Shown here: positions 38,942 through 49,391 of the stretch, one piece after another
How the letters are laid out: each line of letters starts with the position of its first letter
Numbering within the stretch: the stretch's first letter is position 1
DNA from: Bacteroidota bacterium
GTDB taxonomy: Bacteria > Bacteroidota > Bacteroidia > Chitinophagales > UBA8649
Reading direction: 5' to 3'
DNA length: 50,555 nucleotides
Assembly: GCA_036128775.1 (NCBI GenBank)
Contig: JAYYPZ010000116.1
Coordinates: 1-50,555 of the forward strand
Translations under genes and position numbers: made by a program
The notes under the pieces: generated by a model
What the model saw: only the letters and a program-made list of their open reading frames with translations
What the model was told of the DNA's origin: nothing
The model's database searches: none

Positions 38942-40129
38942 TTGATGATACGAGTTGATTTAAAACCTGATCTCGAAAAAAGCTTACCCAAATTAGGCCA
39001 CAGCGAATTTGAATTCCTGTTTCATCATTCCCTCGCTGGCTATTGGGATTGGGATGTTGTATCCGGCGAAACCTATATGAGCCCCTCATTTAAAGCTATG
39101 TTTGGCTATCAACCTGAAGAGCTTGAAAATCATATCAATACCGTCTTCAGTCTTTTACTTGAAGAGGATCATGCATGTGCCAATGAGGCGATCGGCGCCC
39201 ATATGGAATCCCAAGGTAAAATACCCTACCAAGAAGTCCTGCGCTTTAGACACAAGGATGGATCTACCGTTTATGTGAATTGTAATGGTCGAGTCGTAAG
39301 CTGGAGCGATGAGGGCAAACCCCTCCGGATGATTGGAACCCATGCAGATATCACAGAGTCTAAGACCAATGAGCAACGAGCTCAAATGCAAGCGCGCAGA
39401 TCACAGACTCTTTTTGAAGAATTGCGTAAACAAAAATCAAAAAATGTAGCGCTAGAGCAATTTACCGCTATTGCATCCCATGATCTTAAGGAACCGTTAC
39501 GCACCATGGGTAGCTACGCAAGCCTATTACTCTCCAATGCTGATGAGGCGAACAGCACGATGAGTCAGGAACGGCGTTTGCAATCCCTTGAATTTATTGC
39601 AAGTGCCTCTAAGCGCATGACTGCAATGATTGACACCCTACTTGACTACAGTAAAATTGGTAAGGGTTCTCAGAAGTCTGAAGTCAATCTAAATGAGATT
39701 GTACAGCATGTTACTCATGATTTAGCCAACCAGATTCAACAAGCAAAGGCACAAGTTACATGTAAGGAATTGCCTACCATTCAAGGTTATGGAGTTGAGT
39801 TGGGACAGCTTTTTCAAAATCTTATCAATAATGCGATAAAGTACACCGACCCCTCTGTGCCACCTATTATAGAGATTTCCTGTACCACCGACGAAAACTC
39901 TGTCTACCAAACCTTTGATGTCAAGGACAATGGACTCGGAATTCCTGAAGACAAAATCGAGAATGTTTTTGAGTTGTATTCAAGAGCGCACATTGACCAT
40001 GGTTTCGAGGGACAAGGTATTGGCCTTGCGCGATGCAAGAAGATCGTAGAACTCCATGATGGAAAAATCGAAGCACTCCCTAACCCGACAGGAGGATCAA
40101 TATTTCGCTTCACCATCCTTAGCACGTAG
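38942..40129 (+). CDS. Cytoplasmic PAS-domain sensor histidine kinase
   Basis: GYWDWD...RHKDG...MIGTHADIT PAS; ASHDLKEPLR H-box; QNLINNAIKY, DNGLGI, GQGIGL. Confidence 0.9.
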   Translation: MMIRVDLKPDLEKSLPKLGHSEFEFLFHHSLAGYWDWDVVSGETYMSPSFKAMFGYQPEELENHINTVFSLLLEEDHACANEAIGAHMESQGKIPYQEVLRFRHKDGSTVYVNCNGRVVSWSDEGKPLRMIGTHADITESKTNEQRAQMQARRSQTLFEELRKQKSKNVALEQFTAIASHDLKEPLRTMGSYASLLLSNADEANSTMSQERRLQSLEFIASASKRMTAMIDTLLDYSKIGKGSQKSEVNLNEIVQHVTHDLANQIQQAKAQVTCKELPTIQGYGVELGQLFQNLINNAIKYTDPSVPPIIEISCTTDENSVYQTFDVKDNGLGIPEDKIENVFELYSRAHIDHGFEGQGIGLARCKKIVELHDGKIEALPNPTGGSIFRFTILST

Positions 40130-40131
40130 TT

Positions 40132-40872
40132 GTGATTTATGTAGGCATTGACTTAGCTTGGACAAATACAAGACCAAGTGGCCTCTGTATTCTCAATGAT
40201 TCAGGACAAATTATCTTCTGGGAAACCGCTCTAATAGGGAACAAAGATGTCGTTGACATCATTCAGAAGTATGATGATGGAACACTGCAAATCGCCATTG
40301 ATGCGCCATTGGTCGTACCCAATGAAAATGGATCGAGACCTTGCGATAGGCTTTTTCGAAAACATAGAGTACACGGCCATGCATTAGGAATCTTTGTCTC
40401 CAACCGTGCCTTTCTAAATAAGACCTATGGGATGATTCGCGGTGAACTCTTAACCCAAACGTTACTTGATCACTTTGCTCAATGCAGCCTAACAGCAAAT
40501 CCTAAAAACAAAGCGTCTTGGATTATAGAGACCTTCCCTACCGCATTGGTTTACGGACTTTTCCCTGAGCTCACCCCAATCGACCATAAAATCAAGAGTA
40601 AGAAGCCTTACGCGCACTATCAACGTGATATGAGAAGATTGCTGAGTTCCATTGAAAATATCTTGAAAGAACTTAAGAATCCCTCCTCTATCATTGAGCA
40701 GGTTGAAAAGTGGAGAACAGAAATCAACAAGAAGAGTCATAAACATATTGAGGATGCTATTGATGGTTTCCTCTGTGCGTATGGTTTATACTTAATGGAT
40801 AACGGTCAAGCAGAGGTTGTATCGTTTGGTGATGAGGAAAATGGATTTATCGTGCATGCAGAGAAGAGGTAG
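40132..40872 (+). CDS. DUF429 family predicted nuclease (RNase H-like fold)
   Basis: YVGIDLAW, AIDAPLVV..G.R..D, IETFP, EDAIDG..CAY, GFIV. Confidence 0.8.
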   Translation: MIYVGIDLAWTNTRPSGLCILNDSGQIIFWETALIGNKDVVDIIQKYDDGTLQIAIDAPLVVPNENGSRPCDRLFRKHRVHGHALGIFVSNRAFLNKTYGMIRGELLTQTLLDHFAQCSLTANPKNKASWIIETFPTALVYGLFPELTPIDHKIKSKKPYAHYQRDMRRLLSSIENILKELKNPSSIIEQVEKWRTEINKKSHKHIEDAIDGFLCAYGLYLMDNGQAEVVSFGDEENGFIVHAEKR

Positions 40873-41060
40873 CTAGGTCGGACTTGTGATTGGTCGAGGA
40901 ATTTGTAGCTCTTGTGTTTAACATGCTCCTTACTCTAAGTGAGGTGGGGCCTCCCCCACCCACTCCACCCACCAATCTACCACCCCTTCCAATTTTGAGA
41001 ATCAATAAAAGAGCAAAGAGCAGGTTCCAATGAGCTAGCCCCTACATCAGTTAGAATTAC

Positions 41061-42569
41061 TTAACGAAGAGCATCCTGCCGAATCAAGTCAAACAAATGG
41101 GAGACGGTAACGACTTCTGTCGATTCATTCAATTTATTAATGCATTGCTCCACCTCCTCCTTGCCATACGACCAAACATGCACAGGAATTAAGGAAAAAG
41201 ACGGTCCTTCTTCACTTCTCGCTAAGCGATTTAGTCGCCGGGCTAATTGAGATGGCGTATTAAAACCACCCCAAAGGTTACTGTATCCATGGACAACCGG
41301 CTTGCCATACCGAAATTCGATCATACCCTCGCCTTTGGAATAGTTTTCATAATAGTAGAAAACAAGTCCTTCAATTGTTTCATGTTGCAACAGGCTGTCT
41401 ATACAAGGGCAATAAGGATCATTTCCAATAACGTTAAGAATTGTAAGCCCCATAGATTCCATTTCCATAGTTGTCTTTTCAACGTAGGCCTTGCACGATG
41501 GCAATACCTCAGGGAATACGTAAGCCCATCCACTTGGGGCTGCAATACAATCCATATCCTCTGTACCATTGTGCCAATTCTTGACTTTTGCACCAATAAA
41601 TGGCACATAGGAGGCTATAGATGGCGCAATAGTCCATGATAAGGGGTAGTTCTCTGAACGTCCGTTGTCTAGATATCTACCTTGGTAGATTAAATCATTT
41701 AAAATAAACTGAAGGTTATCTCCATCAGACATAAGAAAAGCTATATAGTCCTTTGTTGTATCTAAGGATTTCGTTTCTGTAGCCACCGGGTTATCGATGG
41801 AATTAAAGTCTGAAGGATATAATGCATCCAAGACCGACAAGTTTAACGCCCAATCCGCTGGAATTACCCCTACATCATACGAAGAAGCCATCCCGATCAA
41901 TTCACTTTCATGATAGCGACTCCATCCCAATGCTGCGGCTCCAGGATTTAATGCAGTAAACAACGTATCCATTAGTGGGTCCTCTAAATCCACTTCGTAG
42001 TAAAAAAGATTATCTCTAACCGCAAGATCAATCAGAAAGTGGGAGGATTTTTGAGGTTGAATTATAATACCCTCTTTTGATATGGAATCCTTTAACTCAA
42101 TCCAAACATCTGCCATAGACATTGTTCGGCAGTCCTTCACTAAAGGCAATCCTGCTTCAATAGCCACAGATTCCAACAATTCTGAAATAATGATGGAATG
42201 CAAGGGTCCAGCAAAACATGTGGCAGCATAGGAAGAATATGGCTTATCGCTATACAGAATGTATCCTTCTATTTGATCTTGAAATTCGTTTACCAAACCC
42301 ATTGGATAAAATAGATAACTTGAGTCCAAGGAAACAACTTCTTGTGACAGCATATCATGCAGCATTGACTCTACGCTTCTGCCACTCATCGAAAAGATTA
42401 TGGACGGATCATCCTTGGCCAAGAGACCTTGTAGACTCGCTATGGTCGAGGTTTCATCCTTGGACATGGTGGTCTCTTCGACGAGATATAGCGTTGACGG
42501 CAACTGGGCGAGACCAGATTGACTAAATAGAAGCAAGAAGCAATAAACAAGAATGCTAGGTCTAGCCAT
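41061..42569 (-). CDS. GxGYxYP family putative glycoside hydrolase
   Basis: SLQGL, IPADWALNLSVL, FLMSDGDNLQF, SWTIAPS, APSGWAYVFP, VHVWS. Confidence 0.75.
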   Translation of the reverse strand: MARPSILVYCFLLLFSQSGLAQLPSTLYLVEETTMSKDETSTIASLQGLLAKDDPSIIFSMSGRSVESMLHDMLSQEVVSLDSSYLFYPMGLVNEFQDQIEGYILYSDKPYSSYAATCFAGPLHSIIISELLESVAIEAGLPLVKDCRTMSMADVWIELKDSISKEGIIIQPQKSSHFLIDLAVRDNLFYYEVDLEDPLMDTLFTALNPGAAALGWSRYHESELIGMASSYDVGVIPADWALNLSVLDALYPSDFNSIDNPVATETKSLDTTKDYIAFLMSDGDNLQFILNDLIYQGRYLDNGRSENYPLSWTIAPSIASYVPFIGAKVKNWHNGTEDMDCIAAPSGWAYVFPEVLPSCKAYVEKTTMEMESMGLTILNVIGNDPYCPCIDSLLQHETIEGLVFYYYENYSKGEGMIEFRYGKPVVHGYSNLWGGFNTPSQLARRLNRLARSEEGPSFSLIPVHVWSYGKEEVEQCINKLNESTEVVTVSHLFDLIRQDALR

Positions 42570-42570
42570 G

Positions 42571-45141
42571 TTAGAAATCAATACGGAACCTCAAGTTTAC
42601 CCTGCGATTGGTAAGGTAGTTTGGCACGGCAAACTGTCCTAAGCCACCATTTCGAACATCAAGCCCTCTTACCCATAAATAGGATACTGCATTTTCAATA
42701 CCGAAAAGATTAAGCACCTCAAGACTAAGCCATGCATTTTTGATTGCCTTTTTTGCAATACCACGCTTTTTAACGCGCTGTTCGCGGTCATAGAGCCTTG
42801 CGCTAAATCCAATATCAAAGCGCTTATAGGTGGAAATACGGAAGACATCATTGTAGCGCTCGCCGTCCGGTGGTCCAAAGGGGAGCCCAGTGGCCACCAC
42901 AAGATTCATTTGAACTCTAAAAAATGGATACCTTGGAATGTAGTCTTGGAAACTCAGCGAAAAGGAAACCCTGCGATCTGTTGGCCTTGGAATAAATCCA
43001 GGATAAACCGTTGAAGTATCTGCCACAGTGATATCCTCAACAATTACACCATCCTCCTCTACATATTCCTTGTAATAATCAATAACCGTATAGCTATCGC
43101 CATTTATATCCTCCCGAGCATGCATATATCCCAACGTAACCCAACTTTCTAAGCCTTCAGCCAGCTGACCCGCTAATCGCAAATCAAGTCCTGCTGTATA
43201 GCCCCGTGCCTTGTTTTCCCCGAAATACCGAATCAATACATTATCAAACTCATAGGGCACAAGATCCCACATGTATTTGTAATAGGCTTCTGTAGTAAAC
43301 GCAAAATCTCGATCATCCCATGCTTTGAATCGATAGTCTAATCCCCATATGGCATGCACTGACTTTTGTGCCAATAGATTAGTATTGACTACACCTTGGA
43401 GGTTTCGCATCTCCCTGTAAAAAGGCGGTTGTGCATAGAGACCGGCTGCCCATGAGATTTTAAGCGTACGTCCGAGGCTATCTTTTCGCAAGGTAGGTTG
43501 TAGCTGAAACTGCGCTCGCGGACTAACCACTAACTCTTTGTTTACACTCCACCACTGACCTCTACACCCCAGTAACAAACTCGGATTAGCCCTTCCTTTT
43601 CCCTCCCAGCGATGCTGTACAAAGGCGGTTAATCGATGGCTTGATAAATCAACCGTAGAACGCAATTGGCTGTAGAGTAAGACAGAATCCACTGAGTACG
43701 GCAAGCTGTACCCTACACTATCCTGTCTCCCCCACTCACTAAGTCGATCTTGAATATTTTCATTCTTGTACGTTAATCCCCATCGAAGTGTTTGATTTGT
43801 CCAATAGGCATTTCCGCGATAGGCCGTCGAAAAAATCTCTGTATTGAGCTGGTTTCTTGCCCAATCATGGAATGTACCAGAACCCAGCGACAACCTTATT
43901 TCCCCTACATTCGACTGACTAGGATCGGTCTCGACCTCTCCCAATAAATAATCTCCAATCAAGTCAAAGGATTCATTTTCACGCATCGCATAATGACTTA
44001 CCATCCACTTCATATTGAGACGTGGTTTGGGATTATAAATTAAAGCAAGCCCATTCATCACATTTTGATACCGATCGTTTTCCTGCCCCGAATAATAGAC
44101 TTGGAACCTATTTTGCTGGTTGAACAAACCAAAATCGGTAACCCTATCTGTTGGCACAAAATAGAAACGATTTTTAGCGTACTGCCCTATCCACTCCAAT
44201 CGCCACTTAGGCTGTAACAAAGCACTAACGTAGTATTGAACGTCCGTGAATGAAGGGCTATATTGTCCATTTGTATTGGTTGATCCGAGGAGATATTGGG
44301 AGTTTTTATGGCGTATTCCAACACTCCACGCTAGTCGATGATTCAACCCAACATCCTGCACCATCAATGAACCACCAAGAAGACTGGTTTCAGCACTTGA
44401 ACGAAAGGCATTGGGTCTGTTGTATGTAACATCTAACACGGAAGCCATTTTATCTCCATATTTCGGAGCAAAACCACCTGCAGAAAAACTCACCTCGCGC
44501 ACCATATCTACATTTACAAAACTGAGTCCCTCCTGCTGCCCCGATCGAATAAGAAACGGTCGATACACTTCGAAATCATTGACATATACAAGGTTTTCAT
44601 CAAAATTTCCTCCACGAATGCTGTACGCCGTACTTAACTCATTATTCTTACTAAAACCTAATTCGCCCCTTAAAAAGTCAGAAACATCTGGAAAAGGATT
44701 GGGCAGTGATCGCTTCGACCCAATATCGATTATCGTGGTACTCACATCGGTGACCCCTTTTTCTCCTTGATCTCCTTCGATGACTACCGTGTCAATATTG
44801 GCTGCATTTTCTCCATAGGTTATTGATATAGCATCTAAGGCTGTGACGCCATTCCATTCCCACGTCGTATCACCTTCAAAAAGACTTTGTAACATGAGGA
44901 CTAATCGGTTAGGCTTTTCTGGTAGATCTAAACGAAAGACTCCTTGATTATCGGTAAATGTGGTGTTTGTAGTGTGCCTAGGGGCAGCAACAAGAATATC
45001 AGAAAGCGGCTTGCCATCATAAGCTTTGACCTCTCCTTCTATCGTGAATTGTCCATAAGACTCAATAGCCCCAAACAATGCTAAGCAGCCAAAGAATATG
45101 ACTGTACAAAGACTCATATCACCTCGGATATGACATCTCAT
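42571..45141 (-). CDS. TonB-dependent receptor-like outer-membrane protein
   Basis: NNELST.YSIRGGNFDENLVYVND, SGQQEGLSF, AGGFAPKYGDKMASVLD plug; beta-barrel ending in F. ATGA overlap with rpe; alternative start 45117. Confidence 0.88.
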   Translation of the reverse strand: MRCHIRGDMSLCTVIFFGCLALFGAIESYGQFTIEGEVKAYDGKPLSDILVAAPRHTTNTTFTDNQGVFRLDLPEKPNRLVLMLQSLFEGDTTWEWNGVTALDAISITYGENAANIDTVVIEGDQGEKGVTDVSTTIIDIGSKRSLPNPFPDVSDFLRGELGFSKNNELSTAYSIRGGNFDENLVYVNDFEVYRPFLIRSGQQEGLSFVNVDMVREVSFSAGGFAPKYGDKMASVLDVTYNRPNAFRSSAETSLLGGSLMVQDVGLNHRLAWSVGIRHKNSQYLLGSTNTNGQYSPSFTDVQYYVSALLQPKWRLEWIGQYAKNRFYFVPTDRVTDFGLFNQQNRFQVYYSGQENDRYQNVMNGLALIYNPKPRLNMKWMVSHYAMRENESFDLIGDYLLGEVETDPSQSNVGEIRLSLGSGTFHDWARNQLNTEIFSTAYRGNAYWTNQTLRWGLTYKNENIQDRLSEWGRQDSVGYSLPYSVDSVLLYSQLRSTVDLSSHRLTAFVQHRWEGKGRANPSLLLGCRGQWWSVNKELVVSPRAQFQLQPTLRKDSLGRTLKISWAAGLYAQPPFYREMRNLQGVVNTNLLAQKSVHAIWGLDYRFKAWDDRDFAFTTEAYYKYMWDLVPYEFDNVLIRYFGENKARGYTAGLDLRLAGQLAEGLESWVTLGYMHAREDINGDSYTVIDYYKEYVEEDGVIVEDITVADTSTVYPGFIPRPTDRRVSFSLSFQDYIPRYPFFRVQMNLVVATGLPFGPPDGERYNDVFRISTYKRFDIGFSARLYDREQRVKKRGIAKKAIKNAWLSLEVLNLFGIENAVSYLWVRGLDVRNGGLGQFAVPNYLTNRRVNLRFRIDF

Positions 45142-45791
45142 GTAGATGATTTTAGCTTAGCGATGGTCTCTTGAGGATTAGTTGACTTAAAAACGGCACT
45201 ACCCGCAACCAAATTGTCTGCTCCAGCAGATTTTAAACGCGCACAGTTCTCCAAATTGACACCGCCATCTACTTGTATGGTGAAGTTTAACGCCAGCGAA
45301 TCTCGTATTGAAGAAGCTTGAGCCACTTTTTTATCCGTGTCTTCAATAAATTGTTGACCACCGAATCCTGGGTTTACGGACATAAGAAGTAGATAGTCTA
45401 TCGAAGGCAGAAGTTCCTTTACTGCATCCAAGGAGGTTTGTGGATTAAGGGCAAGGCCTGCTTTCATACCCAACCGCTGAATTTCTGCAAGATCCCTATG
45501 CAGATGGTAATTTCCCTCAAAATGGATACTAAGACCTTGTGCGCCCGCCTCCTTTAACATGGAGAAATAACGGTTTGGTTGCTCAATCATTAAATGAACG
45601 TCAATGAATTTTGTGCAATAGGCCGAAACGGCTTTTAAGACAGGAAAGCCAAAAGATATATTCGGAACAAAGACACCATCCATCACGTCTACGTGGACCC
45701 ATTCAGCCTCTGAAGAGTTAATAATATCAAGGCTTTGCTGTAGGTTGAGGAAGTTACCTGCTAAGATTGAGGGGGAAATAACTACTGACAT
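45138..45791 (-). CDS. rpe: Ribulose-phosphate 3-epimerase
   Basis: SPSIL, HVDVMDGVFVPNISFG, DVHLMI, MSVNPGFGGQ, VDGGV. Confidence 0.97.
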   Translation of the reverse strand: MSVVISPSILAGNFLNLQQSLDIINSSEAEWVHVDVMDGVFVPNISFGFPVLKAVSAYCTKFIDVHLMIEQPNRYFSMLKEAGAQGLSIHFEGNYHLHRDLAEIQRLGMKAGLALNPQTSLDAVKELLPSIDYLLLMSVNPGFGGQQFIEDTDKKVAQASSIRDSLALNFTIQVDGGVNLENCARLKSAGADNLVAGSAVFKSTNPQETIAKLKSST

Positions 45792-46188
45792 AGCTTAAAG
45801 GTAAGACTACGTCGCTACGATTTAATCATGTTCAAGGAAAAATCAATGCACATTAATACAAATCATTCATTTCATGTTGGGTTTTTCGTCGATGAAGAGA
45901 CAATTGCTTTACCAATGTATTCTGAGCATTAACCTCAATACCCGCATTCTGCTGAGGTAGACGCCTTGAAAATTGTGAGACCCCACTCGCTAGTCTTGAT
46001 AAATTCTTTGATTTACCAGTCTCTAGATTTTGAAATACACTTTTTCCAATAACGCCTATCATTTTTCATGGTTTTCAATGGATGCAGGACGATACCCTAT
46101 TTCGGAAATACGTTAAATTCTCCTAATAGGTTACATCTAGGATAATATTTTTTTCCTCGTAGCAGTTAAAAGGTAAATGTGACGTCTT

Positions 46189-46794
46189 ATGAAAACAAGA
46201 AGATCCCTTTATTCCGCATTGTTTACAGTTCTTATGTTTTTAGTGTCCATAAGTCAAGGGCAAATTGAAGGAATAAGCCCCCTTTGGACCCAAGAGGAGT
46301 TGCGAACTGCCAATACAACAAAGGAGGCACGAACCTATATGCACTCTTCAGAAAGAGACATTATCACCGTGCTCAACTTAGCACGACTCTATCCTCAACG
46401 ATTTGTGGAACTTGAGCTAACCATAGAGAAAGAAGACTATGACTATGAGTACAAACGCTCGTTAATCAACCATATGCTTTCAATGGAGCCCATTCGCGCT
46501 GTCAAGCCAAATCAATCGATGTATCAGCTTGCTCGATGTTGGGCTAAAGAATCAGGTGAACTCGGACTAACTGGTCATGAGCGTATCCAATGTAACGATG
46601 GTTTTTGGGCTGAGTGTTGCTCTTATGGACACGACAACGCCTTAGGAATTGTCCTTCAATTACTAATAGATTACGATGTTCCATCTCTTGGCCACAGAAT
46701 GGTCTGCTTGTCAGATGATTACACAGGTGTTGGTGCAACCATTAACAATCATTCCGTATGGGGCTATGTCAGCGTCTTAGATTTTTATCCTTGA
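46189..46794 (+). CDS. Secreted CAP/SCP-like domain protein
   Basis: Signal peptide; NLARLYP, AECCSYG, LLIDYDVPSLGHR, VGA...H. Confidence 0.75.
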   Translation: MKTRRSLYSALFTVLMFLVSISQGQIEGISPLWTQEELRTANTTKEARTYMHSSERDIITVLNLARLYPQRFVELELTIEKEDYDYEYKRSLINHMLSMEPIRAVKPNQSMYQLARCWAKESGELGLTGHERIQCNDGFWAECCSYGHDNALGIVLQLLIDYDVPSLGHRMVCLSDDYTGVGATINNHSVWGYVSVLDFYP

Positions 46795-46812
46795 CATAAC
46801 TAACTCAAAAGA

Positions 46813-48957
46813 CTACTCTTCAGATCCCTCGTCTTTGGCTGGAGCAGGCAATAATACTTTACGAGATAACTTGAATCGACCTTTGTTGTCGATACCCACA
46901 AGTTTTACCTGCACTTTATCGCCTTTTGAGAACCCTGCATCTTCCATTTTTTCTATGCGAGCATGAGAAATTTCAGAAATATGAAGAAGTCCCTCTTTGC
47001 TCGGCAAGAACTCAACGAACATACCGTAGTCCATAATAGACTTAACCGTTGCTTCGTATTCCTCACCTACCTCTGGAGTTGCCGTGATTTGCTTGATTTT
47101 CTGGAAGGCCTGATCAACAGCATCCCCTGTAGGACCAAAGATTTCAACCTCTCCAACATTGTCCACTTCCTCGATGCTGATGGTTGTACCCGTAACAGCC
47201 TGCATCTCTTGGATGACTTTACCGCCGCTACCAATTACAGCACCAATGAACTCCTTGTCGATAGAGAATCGCATAAGTCTTGGAGCATTGGGCTTCATCT
47301 CCTCTCTTGGCGTCTCAAGCGTCTTGGCCATTTCTCCTAGAATGTGAAGTCGACCATCTTTAGCTTGCTTTAGTGCCTGCTCAAGAATGTCATATGGCAG
47401 ACCGTCTATTTTGATATCCATCTGTACAGCTGTAATACCATCCTTAGTACCCGCTACTTTGAAGTCCATATCACCTAAGAAATCTTCATCTCCAAGAATA
47501 TCAGACAGTACCGCAGAGCGATTTGTCTCCGCATCCGTGATAAGTCCCATGGCAATGCCTGCAACAGGCTTCTCCAACTGAACACCGGCGTCCATCATAG
47601 CTAAACTTCCTGCACAAACCGTGGCCATAGAAGAAGAACCATTAGATTCTAGAATATCTGAAACCACTCGAATAGTGTATGGATTTTCAGGAGAAATCAT
47701 TCCTTTAAGCGCTCTAAAGGCAAGATTACCGTGTCCGATTTCTCGACGAGAAGTACTTCTTGGCATTCTTGCTTCACCTGTTGAGAATGCAGGGAAGTTA
47801 TAATGGAGTAAGAACGCACTTGTTCCTTGTACAAAAGCTCCATCAATCATTTGCTCATCACGCGCCGCACCAAGAGTACAGGTAGTCAATGATTGAGTCT
47901 CCCCTCTTGTAAAGATTGCCGAACCATGGGCTCCAGGAAGATAGTTTACCTCCGACCAAATCGGGCGAATTTCATCAAGATCACGCCCGTCGAGTCGCTT
48001 GCGTGTATCGAGAACCGCATCGCGGACCGCTTTTTTCTGAGTTGCCTTGAAATATCGGGCAATCATAGGCTTATTTTCTTCATAAACCTCTTCGCCTAAT
48101 TTTTCGATAAGCTCCTTTTTCATTGCATCTAATCGTTCACCACGAATGGATTTATTGGCAATACCCTCCTTAGCCATAGCTGAAGCAGGAGCGTATACTA
48201 CCTCTTTCACTGTCGCAAGAATGGCTTCGTCATCAACCTCGTGGCTATAATCACGCTTAGTTTGTGCCTTTTCAATGTTAGATGCTAATGCATTTTGAGC
48301 GTCTATTTGACGTTTGATTACTTCATGAGCCGTTTTAATAGCCTCAAGCATCTCTTCTTCACTGATTTCAAACATTTCGCCCTCGACCATTACAATACTG
48401 TCTGATGTTCCGGCAATCACCATTTCCAAATCAGCCTCGTCCAATTGAGAAATGGTAGGATTAATAACAAATGCTCCATCAATACGGGCAACGCGCACCT
48501 CACTAACAGGTCCATTAAATGGAATATCAGATACTGAAATTGCAGCAGAAGCTGCCAAACAAGCTAAGGCATCTGGCATGTTTTCACCGTCAGAAGAAAT
48601 CATTTGAATCTGAATAACCGTATTCGCGTGGTAATCATCTGGGAAAAGCGGTCGTAACGCTCGATCTACCAGACGGCAGGTTAAAATTTCGCTTTCGCTA
48701 GGACGCGCTTCGCGCTTAAAGAATCCACCGGGGAATCGCCCAGCTCCCGCATACATCTCACGGTAATCTACCATAAGAGGTAGAAAGTCTATGCCATCGT
48801 CGGCATTTTTATCGGATACGACCGTAGCCATAACCATTGTATCTCCTAAACGAACCACTACAGATCCGTCGGCTTGTTTCGCAAGTTTCCCTGTCTCGAG
48901 CGTCACATTACGCCCGTCTCCCAAGTCCATGACTTGAGTAAAATGCTGATAATTCAT
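46813..48957 (-). CDS. pnp: Polyribonucleotide nucleotidyltransferase
   Basis: [51 protein letters not shown]; KH and S1 domains. Confidence 0.98.
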   Translation of the reverse strand: MNYQHFTQVMDLGDGRNVTLETGKLAKQADGSVVVRLGDTMVMATVVSDKNADDGIDFLPLMVDYREMYAGAGRFPGGFFKREARPSESEILTCRLVDRALRPLFPDDYHANTVIQIQMISSDGENMPDALACLAASAAISVSDIPFNGPVSEVRVARIDGAFVINPTISQLDEADLEMVIAGTSDSIVMVEGEMFEISEEEMLEAIKTAHEVIKRQIDAQNALASNIEKAQTKRDYSHEVDDEAILATVKEVVYAPASAMAKEGIANKSIRGERLDAMKKELIEKLGEEVYEENKPMIARYFKATQKKAVRDAVLDTRKRLDGRDLDEIRPIWSEVNYLPGAHGSAIFTRGETQSLTTCTLGAARDEQMIDGAFVQGTSAFLLHYNFPAFSTGEARMPRSTSRREIGHGNLAFRALKGMISPENPYTIRVVSDILESNGSSSMATVCAGSLAMMDAGVQLEKPVAGIAMGLITDAETNRSAVLSDILGDEDFLGDMDFKVAGTKDGITAVQMDIKIDGLPYDILEQALKQAKDGRLHILGEMAKTLETPREEMKPNAPRLMRFSIDKEFIGAVIGSGGKVIQEMQAVTGTTISIEEVDNVGEVEIFGPTGDAVDQAFQKIKQITATPEVGEEYEATVKSIMDYGMFVEFLPSKEGLLHISEISHARIEKMEDAGFSKGDKVQVKLVGIDNKGRFKLSRKVLLPAPAKDEGSEE

Positions 48958-48985
48958 CGTAAAAAAATTGGTGATTTAGCGACTA

Positions 48986-49258
48986 TTAGTGTCGTAAACC
49001 GAGTTGTTTAATGATTGAACGGTATCGCTCAATGTCTTTGTCCCGCAAATAAGAAAGAAGATGACGGCGCTTAGCAACAAGACGCGTTAGTGAGCGTATA
49101 TTGCTAAAGTCTTTGCGGTTCCGCTTAGCATGTTCTGTTAAGTGCTTGATGCGGTGTGTAAAAATGGCAATTTGTGCCTCAGTCGAGCCGGTATTGGCCT
49201 CGTCGCCACCAAATTCTTTAATGATGGCCTTTTTCGTTTCAATTGTTAATTTCTCCAT
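48986..49258 (-). CDS. rpsO: 30S ribosomal protein S15
   Basis: NTGSTEAQIAIFTHRI..LTEH, LLSYL, RYRSIIKQLGLR; upstream of pnp. Confidence 0.97.
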   Translation of the reverse strand: MEKLTIETKKAIIKEFGGDEANTGSTEAQIAIFTHRIKHLTEHAKRNRKDFSNIRSLTRLVAKRRHLLSYLRDKDIERYRSIIKQLGLRH

Positions 49259-49278
49259 AATGTCGTATAAACGGACGG

Positions 49279-49286
49279 CAAAGATA
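49279..49286 (-). promoter_or_regulatory. -7 promoter element of rpsO-pnp
   Basis: TATCTTTG, 20 bp upstream of the rpsO ATG. Confidence 0.7.
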
Positions 49287-49391
49287 ACTTATTAATCCTT
49301 ACTAAACGAATATTCCTGTAAAGTTAAATTGTCCAGATTCATTTGACATAAATTCATTGATTATTAGCTTTAATCAAAACCCTATTTCATC

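Larger units (their letters stand above)
28854..41060. mobile_element. tRNA-Ala-anchored flexible genomic island (no integrase seen; right boundary approximate)
   Basis: GC drops abruptly (about 30% by hand count over 28861-29040); stack of accessory hydrolases and gene fragments before core-like genes resume. Confidence 0.55.

Noticed and set aside
28800-41060. attL/attR duplication of the tRNA-Ala 3' end, or integron attC sites
   Set aside because: No copy of the tRNA end and no recurring junction palindrome found by eye; no tyrosine recombinase in the window.
49259-49300. rpsO (S15) autoregulatory leader RNA
   Set aside because: The -7 element lies only 20 bp from the ATG, leaving a very short 5' UTR with no structure I can support.
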